DNA of 63,857 nucleotides from Podarcis erhardii (lineage: Eukaryota), in the NCBI GenBank assembly GCA_964252035.1, contig OZ176202.1, one strand, 5' to 3'. Made by a program: the position numbers and the translations under genes. Below are positions 38,955-55,119 of the stretch, in pieces; positions within the stretch are counted from its first letter, which is position 1; every line of letters starts with the position of its first letter. Below the pieces are notes generated by a model. It was not told the DNA's origin and ran no database searches. It saw only the letters and a list, made by a program, of their open reading frames with translations.

Positions 38955-40670
38955 CTGTATATTAGATAATTCCCCATCAAGCAAAGCAACAAAACATTAA
39001 GTATTCAACATTAAGTTTTAATAAACTACTATAAAATGAATCAATCAAGGTTGATATAAGCCATATTCAAAGCAGACCCACTCAAATCAACAAACTTAAG
39101 GTAACAAACTTAGGTAAAAGTCCATTGTTTGTACTGGGTATCACCCAATATATTGATTCTAAACCAACTGGTTGCATTTGCAGATAATACCAAAACACAG
39201 TTTGTGTTTCCTAGCTGTGATCTGTCTGAATATAGGAACCTGGCCCAGGAAATTAACCATGGTTTATTTACAGAAAACATACCATGGTTAGCTGTTGACT
39301 TATGAACTGCAGCTCACTTTAACTATGGTTTATTGTTAAGTCAGAATCCAGGATCCTGACGTAATACTTGTTTGTGTTGACACCCCAGCCCCTTGCTTGA
39401 CAAGCAACTAGAAAAGAAGGCATGAGGCAAGGGTAGCTAGAAAATGAAATTGTTCCCGGGGCTAAGAAACTGTGATTGGTGCATTTCTACAAGTAGCCTT
39501 CCTTCCTTTCCTGCTTGACAACAGACTCCTTTGCCTGCTCACCTTCTCTCTGACAAGCCCATCTTTTCAAACCAACTTCCCTAGCTTTGCTACTGCTTTA
39601 CAAAAAACAAAACAAAACAAAAAAACACTTAAAGGGACCTCCAAATTACTAATATCTACCCAGAAATTTATTGTGAAAACACAATTCATCTTAGGAGGTT
39701 AACATAGTTGTTACACTTATGCAGGGAAACAGAAATAACTTTGAAAAGGAAACCAAATAAAACTACTATTTTCTATTTCACACTTTAGGGTCTCCCCACA
39801 CATACACACATGTTGTTGGGAATTTTTTTACTTCTGACTGCAATGTAACCCCCCAAACATTTCCAGCTCTATTTAACACAATAGGCAAAACAGCAGTTAC
39901 TTTGGGGGCTGGTTGGATGAAGTGATGATGACTCATTTTTGCTTGCTAGGAAATGTTCAGGGAACAATTTGGTAAAAAGCCTCCCTACTATGGACTGGAG
40001 GTGCAGTTTGCTAATGTGGAGTAGATGTAGGGAGAATTTCCTTCAGGGCATGCAAAAGCACCTACAGGGAGGCACTAGTTCATTCAAACTGCAAGCATAG
40101 TAGCAGCAATCAAACAGCAGTCACACAAGCTCCCCAAATGCTTGCATGGGGGCTACTGCTTAGTGAGAATTAGGTTTCAGGAGTGCAGCAATCTAACTCG
40201 AGAAACAATAAATACGGGCTATATATTTTTACCTTAAGCACTTATTTATTATTTATATTTTTTATTACTTTTTATTGAGTGTTTTCAACATAAGATACAA
40301 TAAAAACCAAGCTAAAAAAAAGAGGTAAGAAACAAACCAAAAGAAAAATAAAGGAAGGAAGAAGAAAGAAAAACTAAATCTGCATGTAATACCAAGCCCT
40401 CTATCACAATTATATATTAATCCTTATTTCACCCACAGAAGAGTGAGCTCTCCCTGCTCTCACCTGGGAGCTTCCCCCACTTCTCTCAGCCTCACACCCT
40501 GAGGAAACATATCTGGTCTGCCTCTCATGGAGGTCCTTTTCTCTTCTGTCCACCACCTTCCTATGTGTATCTTCATTTATGCCAACTATAAATCTTCAGA
40601 GAACCAAACATGCATATAGATAGAATGAGCAGAGAGCTATCAAGAGTTAAAAGTGACAGAAAATGCATAC

Positions 40671-40729
40671 CTTAAGGGCTTCTTCAGGAACTCTCATCTC
40701 TCCTCGGACTACAGTAAAAAGATTAGTAT
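40671..40729 (-). CDS. CEP170: CEP170 coding exon ((D)TNLFTVVRGEMRVPEEALK), end of FHA region
   Basis: Preceded by an AC acceptor (cgtAC|AT ACT) and followed by AAG|GTATGC; 59 nt. Absent from the ORF track. Confidence 0.94.
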
Positions 40730-41787
<1,058 letters not shown>

Positions 41788-42344
41788 TTATAGAATCAAC
41801 CTCACTTGCCCAATAAAAAATTCAGAAAGGATATGTGAATATACAGAGATCTGGCTTTATTTAATGCCAACATGCCCTGGGCCTATCATGAATTACTTAC
41901 AATGAATCTGCTAATGAAATATGCTATAAACTTGCTGTGTTAATAAAAGCTGTTCCCACAATAGCAAGATACCTTTCTCAAAAGATACATGACATTTATG
42001 ATTTTGTTAGACTGGATCTAGGGTAGAACCCCATGAACTGGATGATTCTGTGAGTGGAATGTGGGTGGGGTGGGGGGTTTTTTTGGTGTGTGTGTTTTTT
42101 GCTGATTCCTGCCTCCATGTGGACGTCAAAGATCTGCTTAAAGTTTAAGCCCCGCCTTTCTAAAAAAACTGTGGGGTGCTTCACACACAATTTGTAATAT
42201 ACCATTAGGGTATAGTGTTTAAAGTAATGATTCTTCATTTCTTTCAACTTAAGTCTCCATAACAAAGTAATCACAAATATTTGTTCAGAGCTCTCTAAAT
42301 TGTTAAAGCTGAACTACATCCTGAAAACAGAACCGTCAAGTTTA

Positions 42345-42449
<105 letters not shown>

Positions 42450-43746
42450 TTAGAAGATAATATAACATTGTAATTTGTATTAATATAAATACGCATTAAA
42501 GTAAGGAATTAATAAATCCTAGTTGTTTCAAAGGACACCATGAAGCTACTAGGAAAAAGTTATGAGACTAATGTTGTGAAGGGCTTTTAAGGTTAGAGAA
42601 GGGAAATTTAACCTGATACAGGGGCTAAAAATAAAAGCCAGTGGAATTGTTCAAAAACAGCTGACAGTGACAATTACTAGAAAAGCTGTTTATTTTAAAG
42701 GCTGAGATTTGCATAATCTGCAGAGAGGTAGTGTGACTATCAGGAAGCTCAGCAAAACAGTGAAAATGGTCAGATCTGGAAGGAATAATTCTATAGCTAG
42801 CTGTTCTTTTAAAATAGATAACTCAGTAGAAAATAGGAAATATTTGTTGTGTAATAACCTTGAATAGTAATGGAAACAGGTTTGTGGGCAATAAATTATC
42901 AAACAGAAAATCAAGAATACACTCTAAATAGTGTTCTCATCAGTATAGCATGTAGTGAAAAGGGTAATGTGAACTTGCTTCCTCTTATTCTCCCAGCTAT
43001 GCAGATGAACTGAACATACTAATTTTTTTTTAAAAAAAAAATCAGTAACTAAACCAGAATTTTTACCCTGCTGGTGTTAATTTGGAGTACCATATTGGAA
43101 CAAATTTGGAGACCTTGTCCAACATCCTTAACAGTAGTCTAACCTCCAAATTTTGAAGATTCCCATAACCTGAGATATGAGCAAGCCTTTATCACATGTG
43201 CACAGCCCCTTTGTTTCTCTGCTCTTATGAGCCATGATTAACCAGGAAGCATATGATTAATCACAGCTTATCTCATCAAACTGTAAAACTTTGGTTGCCA
43301 GCTTCAGACCAAGACAGGATATTAAATACCCTCAGTTTCCCAAATTGGATGAAAAAAGGAAAGTGAAGACTTCCTTGTTTGCTCATGCTGCAAAAGGGGA
43401 AACAAGGTGCACATGGAAAATGTTTGTTCATATCTTGGCTTATTAAGTTCATCTCATCTGAACCAGTTCTGTGTCAAATTACTTGTATGAAAACATCAGG
43501 TAATGCTCAAAAAAGTAAAGGCTAAGAAGCTTGTTCATATTTCAGTATATTAAATTGATTGTCTGAACCTGGCTGAGATTCCAACACAGAGAGTAGTACA
43601 CGGCAACTGTTCTGAGAAACAAACTTTGAATCTGAAATACCCTCAACAGAGATCTATCAGTCATGACTAAGTTACTTAGCACTAAGCGGCTGACTAGAGT
43701 ACCATCCCTCTGATCTGGACATAGCTGAATACCTCTATGAAGTGTA

Positions 43747-43785
<39 letters not shown>

Positions 43786-44234
43786 TTATTTATATCCCCC
43801 CCTCCCCAGCCGAAGCCGGGCTCAGAGCGGCTAACAACAGTAAAAATAACACAGTTTACATAAAATCACAATCAATTAATTGAAATACATTCTAAAATCA
43901 TTCTAAAATCAATTCAGAGTCAAATTAATGGCAACCACTGGGCTAGAGTTCTATGAGGATTACAGAAGGAGAGGGTCAGACTGTGCCTTGGCCAAAGGCC
44001 TGCTGGAACAGCTCTGTCTTGCAGGCCCTGAAGAAAGATGTCAAGTCCCGCAGGGCCCTAGTCTCTTGTGACAGAGCGTTCCACCAGATTGGGGCCATGG
44101 CCAAAAAACCCCTGGCTCTGGTTGAGGCCAGCCTTACCTTCCTGTGGCCTGGGACCTCCAAGATGTTTTTATTTGAAGACCGTAAGGTCCTCCGTGGGAC
44201 ATACCAGGAGAGGCGGTCCCGTAGGTACGAGGGT
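43747..44234 (-). mobile_element. L2 LINE 3' fragment with (ATT)n tail
   Basis: Encodes ...STRARGFLAMAPIWWNALSQETRALRDLTSFFRACKTELFQQAF (L2 ORF2 C-terminus), followed by a 3'UTR and an (ATT)n tail. Confidence 0.85.
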
Positions 44235-45067
44235 CTATCAGTGATTCAATAATTTAGAGAAATTAGAAAATGGGATTCTTACTTTATAATTCTAAGACTG
44301 TAAGTGCCTACCTGAAAAGATGTGTTTAACTGGCAACAGCACAAATCTGCTTGAGTATCTAGCCACCTATAGATCAGACAGATTGATTGCTGCGAGTTAC
44401 TCAGACTACACTGCGCTACACTGATGGTGGCTGCTTGTGTTCACTGAGTGCAGTACTACTAGACTTTCCAGTAGCCTACACAGCTGCCTAGCCTAATTTT
44501 AACATTCCAGCAGAGACTGGTCACTTAAGATTTTTACAGCTATTTATCCATATTAATAATTTATATTTCTTTGTCAAAGACACTCAGATGTAGGTAAATG
44601 CTTGCTATGGAACACTGCTTTTGATGCCTTACTTAGATGGTGAATCATAATTATAAAAGCTACAAAGATGCTTTTAGTACAGAGGTGATTTTAATACAGA
44701 GCATGTTGTACTTTAAACATTTAAGAGGTAGCCAACTTTATTTCACAAAACATGTGAACTAAGATGTAAAAAGATTCAGTTTTGAAGTCATGGAAAAATG
44801 CTATTTTCCTATGCTTCCCTCAAAAAAAATTTTTTGGGGGGAAACATTTAAATAGTACTAGGAACATGAAGGGTGGCAGCCAGGGTACCTGCTCCATGAA
44901 TTGAAGAGTTGCACTTCCGGAACTACCATTAGCCTAGATCTCCTTGCAAAGCTTCCGGACGACAAGTTATTCCAATAATCCAATCAAACATTGAAGCCAT
45001 GTCTATAGCACTACTAATTTGTTTTGAAATTTGGAACAAACAGATCTGCAGCAGTGTGTACTGGATA

Positions 45068-45303
45068 TACAGTGGTACCTCGAGTTACAAATGCCTCAGG
45101 TTACAAACGCTTCAGGTTACTCCACTAACCTGGAAGAGTTACCTCGAGTTGAGAACTTTGCCCCAGGATGAGAACAGAAATTGTGTGCCAGTGGCACAGC
45201 AGCAGCAAGAGGCCCCATTAGCGAAAGCACACCTCTAGTTAAAAACAGTTTCAGGTGAAGACCTCTGGAACGAATTAAGTTCATAACTAGAGGTACCACT
45301 GTA
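45068..45303 (+). mobile_element. Tc1/mariner MITE, copy 3 (orientation A)
   Basis: TA|CAGTGGTACCTCGAGTTA ... TAACTAGAGGTACCACTG|TA. Confidence 0.85.
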
Positions 45304-45363
45304 TAACAAAGAGCATTGCTGCATTTTACAGACAAACAGATGTGTAGCCTACAGTCTCTAGTT

Positions 45364-45499
45364 CAGGCATAGGCAAACTCGGCCCTCCAGATGTTTTGGG
45401 ACTACAACTCCCATCATCCCTAGCTAATAGGACCAGTGGTCAGGGATGATGGGAGTTGTAGTCCCAAAACTTCTGGAGGGCCGAGTTTGCTAATGCCTG
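45364..45499. mobile_element. Palindromic hAT MITE (136 bp)
   Basis: CAGGCATAGGCAAAC.../...GTTTGCTAATGCCTG termini, near-perfect arms of about 58 bp, and a perfect 8-bp TSD CTCTAGTT (45356-45363, 45500-45507). Confidence 0.9.
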
Positions 45500-46086
45500 C
45501 TCTAGTTCAAAGGCTTTGAAAAGGTTTCTATTCGACAAATGCTTAAGATACAATATATCTGCTAGTCTCCATACTGCTACAAAATTAATATATGTACTGT
45601 TCTGGAACTTGCTACTGTGTTAACAAAATTACTTTTTAGAGCAAAGTGTTTCATTATTTTAAAAAAGTGTTTTCAGATTTCATTTTTTTCTATTTCAGGA
45701 CTTGAGGAAATTAAAAAATGGGGGAAAGGGCTTAATCCTGATTTTTTCTAGACCTTTACATTTCTATGAGCCTCAAACTTTAATCAGGAATTAATTCACA
45801 ACTATAATGTAACTCAAATATTCTCATATTGCTACCCAATTTCCTGCTTGTCTGAAGGCTAACTCTGTAGACAGAAAGAGAGGTTATGTTCTCACTTCAT
45901 GATCAGAATGGTCTATAGGTCTACATGTTTATTACTCAGCCACATGTCAGACTCATGCCGTGTGCACAGGTCCACTAACTGAAGCAAACTAATACTATGC
46001 AGTCACTACAATCCTGCTCCACAGTGTGGAAGAAAGATTAATTTATTAGAGGTTAAGACTGGAGCAGCAAAACACTTAACATTTCA

Positions 46087-46308
<222 letters not shown>

Positions 46309-46675
46309 CTACGTCATCCTGCAATAAGAAACAGATAAAGAGAGAAATATTTTATAGTTATTTTTATCTTCAGTTCTTGTTCCTAATAGGGTTTCTATAT
46401 TTTCCAACACAGAGAAGCTGGACAACACAACTAACACACAATTTTCAGATTTATATCAGCTATATGGATAGCTTCACAAACTACCTTTTCATACACAGAT
46501 GCAAGGAAATAAACATGCACACCATCATATGTGAAGGACACCCATCTATTTTTCCATGTATCACACATTGGGAGTCTGCTGCTATCAATCACAGCTGCCC
46601 AATACATGTACATAAATATGGTACATGAAAAATGTACACATCCCCCCCCCCACATACACACTATTGCACTGTGAC

Positions 46676-46787
46676 TAGAGATGGGAGGGCCGGGGGGGAG
46701 CAGAAAAATTGGGGGGAGGGGGACCAGAAACCTGGGTTTCCCCCTCCCAATTTTTCTGTCCCCCACCCCCAGACCTTCCCATCTCTA
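46676..46787. mobile_element. Small G/C-rich hAT-like MITE
   Basis: TIR TAGAGATGGGA / TCCCATCTCTA; flanks ACTGTGAC / ATTGTGAA (6/8 match, degenerate TSD); internal inverted repeat. Confidence 0.65.
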
Positions 46788-49700
46788 ATTGTGAACATCA
46801 TAGCTAGATCATAGCTCAAATTTCTTATTGTTGTGTGGGTGTAGGTGGCATGCATAAACATGAGACAGTTTCTCCTTATAGATTTATTCAATTTACAGGG
46901 ATGAATGAAAGAAGTTCAGTAGCTTTACAAGGCTGTAAAAAAATTGATCATTGGTTTTCAGTAAGCATAGGATGTTTTAACAACATATGGCAAAATTTAT
47001 TTCAAGTAATGATTTCTGCTTCAAGACTTCTCATGCTCTTGAGGATACAATTAAAATGCTACCACTCACACACGAGAGAGGTATCAGTACACTTGGGATA
47101 GTCCCAAGGTTTGCCAAAACTCCAAAAATCTTTAGGGGAAAGACCTAAGGAAGGAAACCCAAAAATAGCTCTGTACAAACTCAATGTCATAGAATGCTTA
47201 CTGATGAGAGAAAATTTTGGAATGCTGCCTTACTTGAGAAATTGACTAACAATGTTGTGACTACAAAGGCAAAGCCAAGCCAGAAAAAGATTACGGCACC
47301 CCTTTATTTTGTACACTATGAGTTCTGTTAGGGGAAATGGAACAAAGTGGCTAGAGAGGGAGGGAAGACACATCTAGATTTCAAGAGTTTAGAACTGCTT
47401 TAAAATTTTCAATGAAGTTTGTTTAAAAAAGAGAGAGTGAAGACTGATCTCTCTAATTATCAAGGTAGGTCATTTACAAATTGATGCAGAGACGGAAGAG
47501 AGTGCTGCCATAGACATCAATGAGAAAATTCAATGTTTTTATATAGGTAGGATTGGGTACAAGTACATCTACCCCACAGTATCCACCAAAATCATATACA
47601 AATCATTGAAACAGGCCCATGAGAACCGATCAGGCTCAGTCAGCATGCAATGCTGAGTTTTGAATGGGGTAGGGAGGAAAGTTAGTATAGTAGGAATGAT
47701 ATGGAATGAAATGACATTAACCCTGAACTGAAGTGTGCCACATGCTACACTGTTGCTACAGGGGCCCATGTGTTTTGCTTACTACCTAGCCTGATTTTGG
47801 GACTGCTCAAAATCTTGCTCGCTACTGTATGGCATTTTGGTTGACCTAATAAAGGTATTCTCCTACTATGGATTTTGAAACAAATATTGTGCTTTGACTT
47901 AAAATAGAGCAGAATCTAAAAGATCTGGAAAAACACAAACAAGCATACTATACTTTTAGCGATTGGCAAGATTACAAAACTACTGATAAAAATACAACTA
48001 GCAGTGAAACATATTAAATTTAAAAATGTAAATCCAAATAACATTATAGATTGAGATTGAACAGGAAGGTTTTTCAAAACAAACAAACAAACAAACAAAC
48101 AGAAACAACTAGGTCAGGACTGATTAATCAGAGCACTGAAGCAACTGTTGATGAACAGAATAAATTAAAACTCCTGAGAAGGGTTTGTATATTTTTTGTT
48201 TCTGACAGTCATAGTAGCTTTAGGTAGCACTTGCAGAGATAAAAGGCTGACAGCAGACTCAAACTTTACTGCTACACCTAGCAGTAAGCAAACTGGCAGA
48301 ATAGTGACAGATTTGCAACCCAGATACATATTTTAAACGTCTTTTAAGAACTCTTATCAACCTACTGTATAAAAGCTGGTTGAATGAGAAACCAAGAACA
48401 CAATCCTATGCATATTTACGATTAAGTAGGTCACAGTGGTACTTGTGGTCCAATCCACACCTGTTCAGTAAGACTGAACCATAGAACAGGTGGGGAATCT
48501 CAGGATCTGGGGCTGAATGCGGTTGTCTATAAGGCACTTGAACCCTCCCCAGACCACACCTAGGACACACTCCTCCACACTCCTCCCAGGTGTGCCTTGT
48601 AGTTATTTTTCCTGGCTGGAATGTGTCCTGAAACTGTGCTCATTCTTCTAGCACATGCTTCTAGCACACATGGATGGGCATGTGTGTGCACACTGTTTGG
48701 GCATAGGTGCAGGAGTGCTGGATTGGCTCCACTACCATGCATGTACGGCACCAACCTCCTCACCCAGCAGCAACCCCACTGTTGGCAAGCCAGGTTTGTT
48801 ATATATAAAACCCTGTGACTGAAATGTAGTCTACTGTACAAAGGTAGGTGTCATATCCATTGTTCTGCCCACTTTTTTGTCCTTGGGCTGAAAAGCTTTT
48901 CCCAGTTCTGCCAAGTAGGTTTTAATGGAAGAGTCGAGTCCATTACCAATTATCAAGCCCAAACATACATTGCAAGGAAAATACTAGATGGACCACTGTT
49001 GTCACTCTACAGAAAATTGAAAATTCCTAAAAGGGCTGTATTTGGTTCCCTGATAGAAACAGTAACATAAAAATGAAGGTGACATCACACTGAATTTAAA
49101 TACCTAACATCAATGCATGCACACTTTTAATGGAATGTACTAACCTAATAAAAAAGTGTTATATTTTGGCATGTACTGCAGTTTTCATTTGAAGAGAGTT
49201 GCACTGTTTTTACAGCTTTGGGAATTACATTCTTTATCTGCTTTGTACATAAATTATTCTGTTCAAAAGTGTGTCAAACAGATGATGCAATAGCTGCAAA
49301 GCTACGAATAGAATCCACATAATTCAGAACTTTAACTCCATATTCTGTGGGTGTAACCCAGTTTGGAAAGAACAGTTTCTCTGCCTGCCAATAACTGAGC
49401 TAAATATTATCAATGAAATTATTAAAATATGAAAACACTGCCACAGAATATGCCCTTGGTTGTGGCTGTGGGTTAGAAACAGCAATTACCCCACTCCCAA
49501 CACAAATACACATGATCAAAAGTCCACAAGCCTTGAAGACAGATGACTTAGTGTCAAGCAGCTGCTCCTATTACTTTGGAGCATTTGGTCCAGCAGAAGC
49601 AACATTTAGGTCCCTCACCAAAGATCAAGTTCTACCTAGCCTTGAAACATGTGAAATAGGCTAAGCTAAATGTCACCTAATCAACTTTATGGCTATATGA

Positions 49701-52700
49701 AAATTTGAATCTCGGTCTCCATAATCCTAGTCCAGCACTCTATGCATTATAGACAATGGCCCGAGTCACTGATGATTGCTTATGCTCTTGTTTGGAGATA
49801 CCTACAATTATAGTCAGGAGAGTACCTTTGCTCATGACTGAGCAAAGCTAGCAAGCAAGCTGTCTTCACTCCTGCCCTAGGTAACAAATGGCAGAAGACA
49901 GCTTGTCTCTAGCCCTACAGCAGTCAGGGGCAAACATAAAAGCATGGCGATATCTAAATAAAAATAGGTAAACTGTTACCCACAGAGTATTCTGGGTATA
50001 TTTGACTGCTTCTAATAATGACCCATAAACTGACTACCCTTCAGTTTGACTGGTGTGCAGCCCTTGCTGGTAATGACTAGCTTCAACAAAACTTACACAA
50101 TTGCAGATCTGTTCCAATTTGAATCACATGCCAGCACAACTATCTAGAAAGGCAGGAGTGAGGGAGAAACATGTTTATGAGTTTTTATTATATTAGGCAA
50201 TATTTAGCTGATGCAAGTACTGAGTAAGAATGCATATTTCTTTTACGAAGTAGTTCAGAAAAAGACTCTTCTCAAGGCAAATTTTAACACTAGCCCATTT
50301 CTTGAATTGTAACGCACACTGAGAGCATATGAGAACACACCCGACATCTGTTTTGAAGTATCTGGTTTTTTTTCAATTATAGTTGACATCTCCTTTTGTT
50401 TACTGCTCTCATGACAAAGACTTCATCATTGACCAATTATTTAAATGTATCCCATTTCATCTCTTAAGACCAACTCAAAGCCTATTGCATTCTCAGCTCT
50501 GCCTAAATTATTCAAGACCTGATTTTTAAAAAGCCTTAATTTGTAGATCTGCATCTTGAGATAAATGAAAGTGAACATAAAAGGAAGAGGCACCTAAGAT
50601 TTAGACCTGATACATGCATACACATTATTTGGGATTTAGGGACCAAAAGGCCAAGGGATTGCAGCTAATCCCACTACCCAACCTGGTCAGCTAGTTGCTA
50701 ATTCATGCACTGCCTTAATTCAGTTCTGTGGTATGCATGTGTGTTACTATTACCAAAACAAGTATACATAGAAAGGGGGAGATAGAAATGGTAAGGATGC
50801 ATGATCTTGCAAACTCATTATAACTGCCTAAATTCATCATGCTTCTCTCGGGCCTTGATGTCAATTTTTTGAAATAAAGATCATGCTCAATTTGAAAACT
50901 AATTTTAGTTCATGGATAATCTCTGATCACTTCTTCAAAGCAGAATTTGGTACTTGCACAAGCAGATAGGAAACTTAAAATAATACCGTTCATAACTATG
51001 TAAATTCTAGTTATGCAACACAGATTTGTTACTTATTACTAGCTTGTTTGCCAAATAATTTATATCTATCTAAATAAAAAAGTATCAATATTAATCACCA
51101 GCAAAATCTCACATACCCTGTTAGTTTGCCATTACGAATATTTTTCACCTTGTAGGCTGATATGAGTTCACAGTATATCCAACTTTCCCTGATTTACCTT
51201 ACCTGAAATACTTATCTCAATAATACTGAAAACACCTTAGAATGGATATCACTTTCATCAGTAATACATAGAAAGTTCGTAAGGTCAAGATTATGTCTTT
51301 AATTCTTTTCATCCACTTATATGCTACTGCATCTAAAGGTAATCAGATTACTGCATGCACGTCGTGCCATGCAATGGCATAATAAGCTTTCTTCCAATTG
51401 CCCAAGGTACATTTCCACCTGATCTCTCATTGACAGGACTAGATTATGTTTCTTCTATCAAATTAAACAAATATACAGGGATTTTCATAACTTAATTTCT
51501 TTTGCACCAAATGCATGTATCCACTAATATTCCTCAGTAATATAGGAACAGTGTTTTTGAATTTATTTTGAGGTTCTTTTCTTTCATTTCCCTTCCAGTT
51601 TATCTGATATGCATTGGCCTCAACCCACCTGACACAGATTTATTTGGGTTTTTTAAATTCCCACACCAAGTACCCTGGACAGTATGGACAATCTATAATT
51701 GAATAATTGAGATGATGCACCAGCCACCCCATAGCACCTACTTCTACACTGCCTTGGTCTGAAGATGTGGCTCTTACATAACCCTTGAAGTCCTAACAAT
51801 TATTCTCCTGAAGCGTCACCCACTCCTGCTCCACATTAATGCATGAGTGTGTAACTGAAGAATAGAATACGGGCGCTTAAGAAATTGCAAACAGCTCTCA
51901 CAGGGGAGGCAGAACCACGGGAAGATCTGCCAGTCTTATCAAGGCTTCAGATGATTCCAAGCCTTTGTTCAGACACCTTCTCAAGAACAGCCAGCAGGGC
52001 CCACTGGGAGCTGCCCAGGGTCCTGATTTACCTTACCTTATCCCAACTATGATTGGTATTCTTTACTTCTTTCTCTGAAGGCCCCAAGACCAAGAAGAAG
52101 AGGATAATCAGGCATCAAAACCCTTCTCACGTTGTAGGTGTAGAACCCCAATGCTTAACTGAACCAGACACATCTGATACCCCATGCCATATTTTCTTGG
52201 CTTTGGCCCAGATACAAGCTTCGAGAGCTTGTAAGACTCACCTCAAGGAAGTGCTGAGCACTGCAGCCCTGCTCTCCAATAAATCTACTGTGGGGTTAAC
52301 TCCTCCTCCACCAGCAGTTTTCTTTTGCAAGCACAGTCTATTTGCCCAAAATGCTTCACCTGGCCAAATATCTGTGAGGCTTGCAAATAATCTGTGACTG
52401 TTCAATGTGTGTGTCTAAGATCAAATTCTCAAAGCTCAGAAATCAGCCAAGACATCCCAGTTTTGGAGAATATTACTCAGATTTCAAAGCTGATCTAATC
52501 TCAAATTTGAACACCTGAATTTTTTTTTAAAAATGTGAGGGAGGTGTTTTACCAAGTGATATATCATTGTATTATAGATGTTGTAGTCTGTTGGGTTGAG
52601 CAAAAGACAGCCCTTTTTTTCTATGTTCTGGTCATTGCTTCGCCTACAAAGCATGGGATATGATTAATAAATAGGTTTCCTTTATGCCTACCAATAAGCC

Positions 52701-54268
52701 TTCTAGCTAGTATTCATAATAAACTAATTGAAGAAGGTACTGAAGCTTAAAGGGTCAGACCATTAAGCAGAAGCTTAAACAACTATTTTACAGTCCAATT
52801 TGAGCCAGAGACACAAAACTTCTTTATTGTCCCCCATACAAGACCACCAGAATTAGAAAGGAAGTCCAGACCACAATTACATCAACTCAAAAGCAGAAAC
52901 TATGTTTAACTGCTGATGCCCCGCTCCCTTATTCTTTACAAACAAAAGACTGCTGCCCTCTTTGCCAACATCCCAGAACTTTCCCTAAACAGTGGCTGTT
53001 TCTGGAACCAGGACCCTAAATTCTGATATTTATATGAAAGCATTTCTGACCACATAGAATGGTGTCTTTCTTGGAGGTCCTCAAATATACTAAAAATGAT
53101 GTGAAACAAAATTAAAAATCAGTCCCACCAGTGATGTGGGACAGAAAATTTATCAAGCTGTTTTTAATATATTTTTTAATGCTGTAACCCACCCTGGGAC
53201 TTTAGAGTGAAGGGCAGGTAATAAATAAATAAATCCCAGTACTTTCTTTTCACATGGAAATTTTTCTATTTCACAAATTCATTAACAGAGAACAGATGCC
53301 AACTGCAAATAGGATATTAGACATCTGACTTTCAAACTTGCAAAGTTTTTAGGTTTGTTTACTAAATATAAGTAAAATGAAACATGCTAAGTGACGCACA
53401 TAGAACAGTATGCTTAAGAAATAAACCTCTAGTATTTCTGCTGAATTTTAAATGAAGGTAATGTATTTACTTGAATTTAAAATTTGCCTTATAACTACCT
53501 TAAAGAAAATATTAATACGACACTAACAAATGAAAATACAAGATGTCCATTTATAAACATAATTTTAAATTTGCTTTTTTCAAAATATCAAAATAATTGC
53601 AAACACAGCAGAGGCACTCACATCATGGTTTTCCTTATACCCACTCTTTAAATGGTTAATTTGCAGGATGCCATAACACTATTTTCTAGTATTTAAGCAA
53701 ATGATACCATTCTGGTTGCAAAATAGCCATCAACAATGAAGAATACATTTAACAGAAGGCATTATCTGTGCCTCAAGTTCTCTCTTCAAACTGTATAATC
53801 AATTTTTTGGCTAATACAAAAAAAAATAAAAAATCAGAAATATTTTTACAAATATATTTGCCCAAAGGTAATCATTCTTCCTAGTAGGAGACAGTTCCTA
53901 CTGAAAGACAGTTCCTACACTGAATGAAGTTTTTTTTTTGGCAGCTTGACTATAAGCCTGAATTGATCACACTGCAAAATCAATATATGTAGCAGTTTAT
54001 TGGAAAGAACGGATAAGGTTATATCGAAAGTTGTTAAGTCGGCAATGAATGGCCCATTAATGTAACACAGCTATAGAAGATGAAAATAATTGAAAGCATG
54101 TTGAATGCAATCATAAAACCATCCTAAGAAGGCCATCACCTGTGCACAAGACCTGAATCACAGGTTGTGCAACTGTTATGACAGGAAATATTTATCAACT
54201 ACTTGATAACTACTGAGGGAGAAATGTAAATGATATATACTCCTAGAAGATAAATAGTGTGACGTGGG

Positions 54269-54406
54269 TAATAATAATAATAATAATAATAATAATTTAT
54301 TTATACCCCGCCCATCTGGCTGAGTCTCCCCAGCCACTCTGGGCGGCTCCCAATCAAGTATTAAAAACAATACAGTGTTAAATATTAAAAACTTCCCTGA
54401 ACATGG
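54269..54406 (-). mobile_element. L2 3' tail fragment with (TTA)n
   Basis: gggagccgcccagagtggctggggagactcagccagatgggcggggtataaataaatt(att)n on the minus strand; same family end as 16990-17067. Confidence 0.8.
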
Positions 54407-55119
54407 TAGATGAGAGCATGAAGGCAACAGCTTTGAAAGAGAATATATTGTGCAATATCAGCATTTTTATGAAAAATAGCTCATAACTGGCTTCCTAAGT
54501 GGCAGGTTTCAGGGAGTGGCCTCTTTTTAGGGTCTATTTCTTTGTAATGAGAGCAGGCTAAAGACTGATGGTGTCTTGGTTTGTTTGTTGAGAGATATAT
54601 TACCAGCGAAGTTGAAGTAAGTAATCTATTAAGCAGGTAGTACAACCACTCATTGTTTGGATTCCCAAAAAGTGACAGTTGTCACACACATATATGGACA
54701 TGGACACATACACACATGCAGAGGTTTAGCTAATTCTGGCAATGAATTCTTTCTGCTCAAATTCAAGCTACAATAAACTTTCTCTGAACCTCTCATTATC
54801 CAAAGGGTATGATATTGCAAAGACTGGAAAGAGAAGATATGGTAAAGCTTGGATATATATTTCCAGCTATTACACTCTTTATTGTGTACACCATATGCAA
54901 AACCACAGTAATAGGCACATTCACAGTAAGACAAAATGTGTAACATGAAGAAAATTTAAAATATGGTAAGGGAGAATTCTGTGTTAGGGATCGTTAAGAA
55001 AGGGATTGAAAACTACACTGCCAAAATTGTAATACAAAATGGTCCCACTTTACAAACAGTGCATTACCCGGAGATTGTTCATTGGTGGGTGTTGCATAAA
55101 ACTATAGTAAAAAAAGGGA

